Virus record (IMG/VR): IMGVR_UViG_3300032303_002965
Coordinates: 2,315 to 66,314 of that record
Direction: 5' to 3' (one strand)
Length of the DNA stretch: 64,000 nucleotides
Source: a virus
Taxonomy: Duplodnaviria > Caudoviricetes
Part shown: piece after piece, positions 63,039 to 64,000 of the stretch
Numbering within the stretch: position 1 is the first letter of the stretch
How the letters are laid out: every line of letters starts with the position of its first letter
Notes under the pieces: model-generated
Told to the model about the DNA's origin: nothing
The model's database searches: none
What the model saw: the letters and a program-made list of their open reading frames with translations, nothing else
Position numbers and translations under genes: made by a program

Positions 63039-64000
63039 GCAGGAATTAGTTTTTTATATTTTTCAAAAAGAAAGTCTGTAATTTTTGGATTTTCTTCTAA
63101 ATATTTTCTAAAGTTATCCATTCCTTGATGTTGTTTTTGTAGATCAAGATCGTTATCTTTTAGTTCTTTAATAATCTCATCTCCTACTGTAATCCATGCT
63201 CCTTTAGCGGTAATGAATTGCCAAGCTAGAAGTTGATCAATAATTTCGTATTCTCTCCAAATTGATGTACCATTCTTTCTGCCATGTTTAATTGGGTATT
63301 CAACTTTATTATTAGTTGTCTCATTGGTAGACTTTTTAATTGAGACTTTAGCTGTATGACCAATAATCTTATTCTTAATGGCATCGTATCTTTCATTTGG
63401 CTTTTCAAGGATAAGATCTTTATTGAATCTTGGTTCAAATTCGATTATCCAATTTGCATAATGTAATAGTGCATTTCCACCAGTTGCAGTTGTTTGTCTA
63501 ATATCTTTATTTGCAGAATATGGATCAAGCTTAATGTCTGAACGAACTTGACTGATGAATATAGCCATATGTCCTCTCTTGGCCAATGCAATTGACATCT
63601 TCTTCATTAGAACTGATGAAATAACTGCTCCACCAGCTACTTTGGTTGCATCTGAAAGAGTTTTGCCAGCATCATTCTTTGGCATCAAACCATCAACCGA
63701 GTCTAAGATAAACAAATATTTCTTGTTCTCTGGATTATTCTTTACCAATTCTAGCATTAGTTCTGAAACTGTTTCAAAGATATTGGATTCAAAAACGAAG
63801 CAGTTTCCATCTTTCCAAGAATCAGGATCACTTACGAATTCTATTCCAGATCTTTCTTGAACTTCTTTGCCAAGTCTACCTTCTGCTTTAATTATTAAAC
63901 CTCTAGAATCTTTAACAGTTTTTAGAAAGTTCTTCATAACTTCTAATGCTTCGCTAGTTTTACCGCCTTCATTCATTCCAATAAAACGATGAAGTCCAGG
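63035..64000 (-). CDS. recA: RecA-like recombinase (5' end outside the window)
   Basis: Frame open to the window edge: PGLHRFIGMNEGGKTS (Walker A), LFILDSVDGL, IFISQVRS, GGNALLHYA, IGH..K..IKKS. Confidence 0.9.
   Translation of the reverse strand, partial: PGLHRFIGMNEGGKTSEALEVMKNFLKTVKDSRGLIIKAEGRLGKEVQERSGIEFVSDPDSWKDGNCFVFESNIFETVSELMLELVKNNPENKKYLFILDSVDGLMPKNDAGKTLSDATKVAGGAVISSVLMKKMSIALAKRGHMAIFISQVRSDIKLDPYSANKDIRQTTATGGNALLHYANWIIEFEPRFNKDLILEKPNERYDAIKNKIIGHTAKVSIKKSTNETTNNKVEYPIKHGRKNGTSIWREYEIIDQLLAWQFITAKGAWITVGDEIIKELKDNDLDLQKQHQGMDNFRKYLEENPKITDFLFEKYKKLIPA

Larger units (their letters stand above)
1..64000. mobile_element. Segment of a large tailed dsDNA phage genome, probably with a long non-contractile tail
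   Basis: Dense tail morphogenesis genes (tube, tape measure, lambda-like M/L/K/I/J) and phage-type replication genes. No host housekeeping operons, and no sheath gene between tail completion and tube genes. Confidence 0.93.

Noticed and set aside
1675-63860. Short antisense or nested ORFs in the track (e.g. 1675-1953, 13025-13231, 14999-15274, 18692-19087, 26319-26522, 30972-31211, 63555-63860)
   Set aside because: They lie inside longer well-supported genes, lack RBS or promoter motifs, and read as shadow frames.
1-64000. Stop-codon reassignment
   Set aside because: ORFs of up to 2882 aa are intact in the standard code, and TAA, TGA and TAG all terminate genes at sensible boundaries.

Overview
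The whole window is a segment of one large, AT-rich, tailed-phage genome. I see no host genes, tRNAs, integrase or CRISPR array. It has four strand blocks. (1) 1-20276 (+): fibre/adhesin genes including five tandem LamG-like paralogues, neck and tail-completion genes, tail tube, chaperones, and a 2803-aa tape measure protein with non-helical inserts (one GH108-like muramidase). (2) 20277-35155 (-): a lambda-like tail-tip set M-L-K-I-J plus a 1024-aa ORF, inverted relative to the tape measure gene. J carries a 132-aa Hint domain ending HN|M between a 1368-aa adhesin-like front end and the J core. (3) 35220-49099 (+): three tail-tube-like paralogues and two large IPT/lectin fibre proteins. (4) 49086-64000 (-): glycosyltransferases (a GT9-like enzyme split across two genes) and replication/recombination genes (DnaE with a detached PHP domain, DEDD exonuclease, Cas4-like nuclease, primase, ThyX, DnaB, RecA). 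Two promoter classes are visible: a GTGTAA(T)WTAT motif before structural genes and sigma70-type TTG(A)C-N17-TA(N3)T sites before replication genes. All product calls come from motifs recognised by eye; no database search was run.
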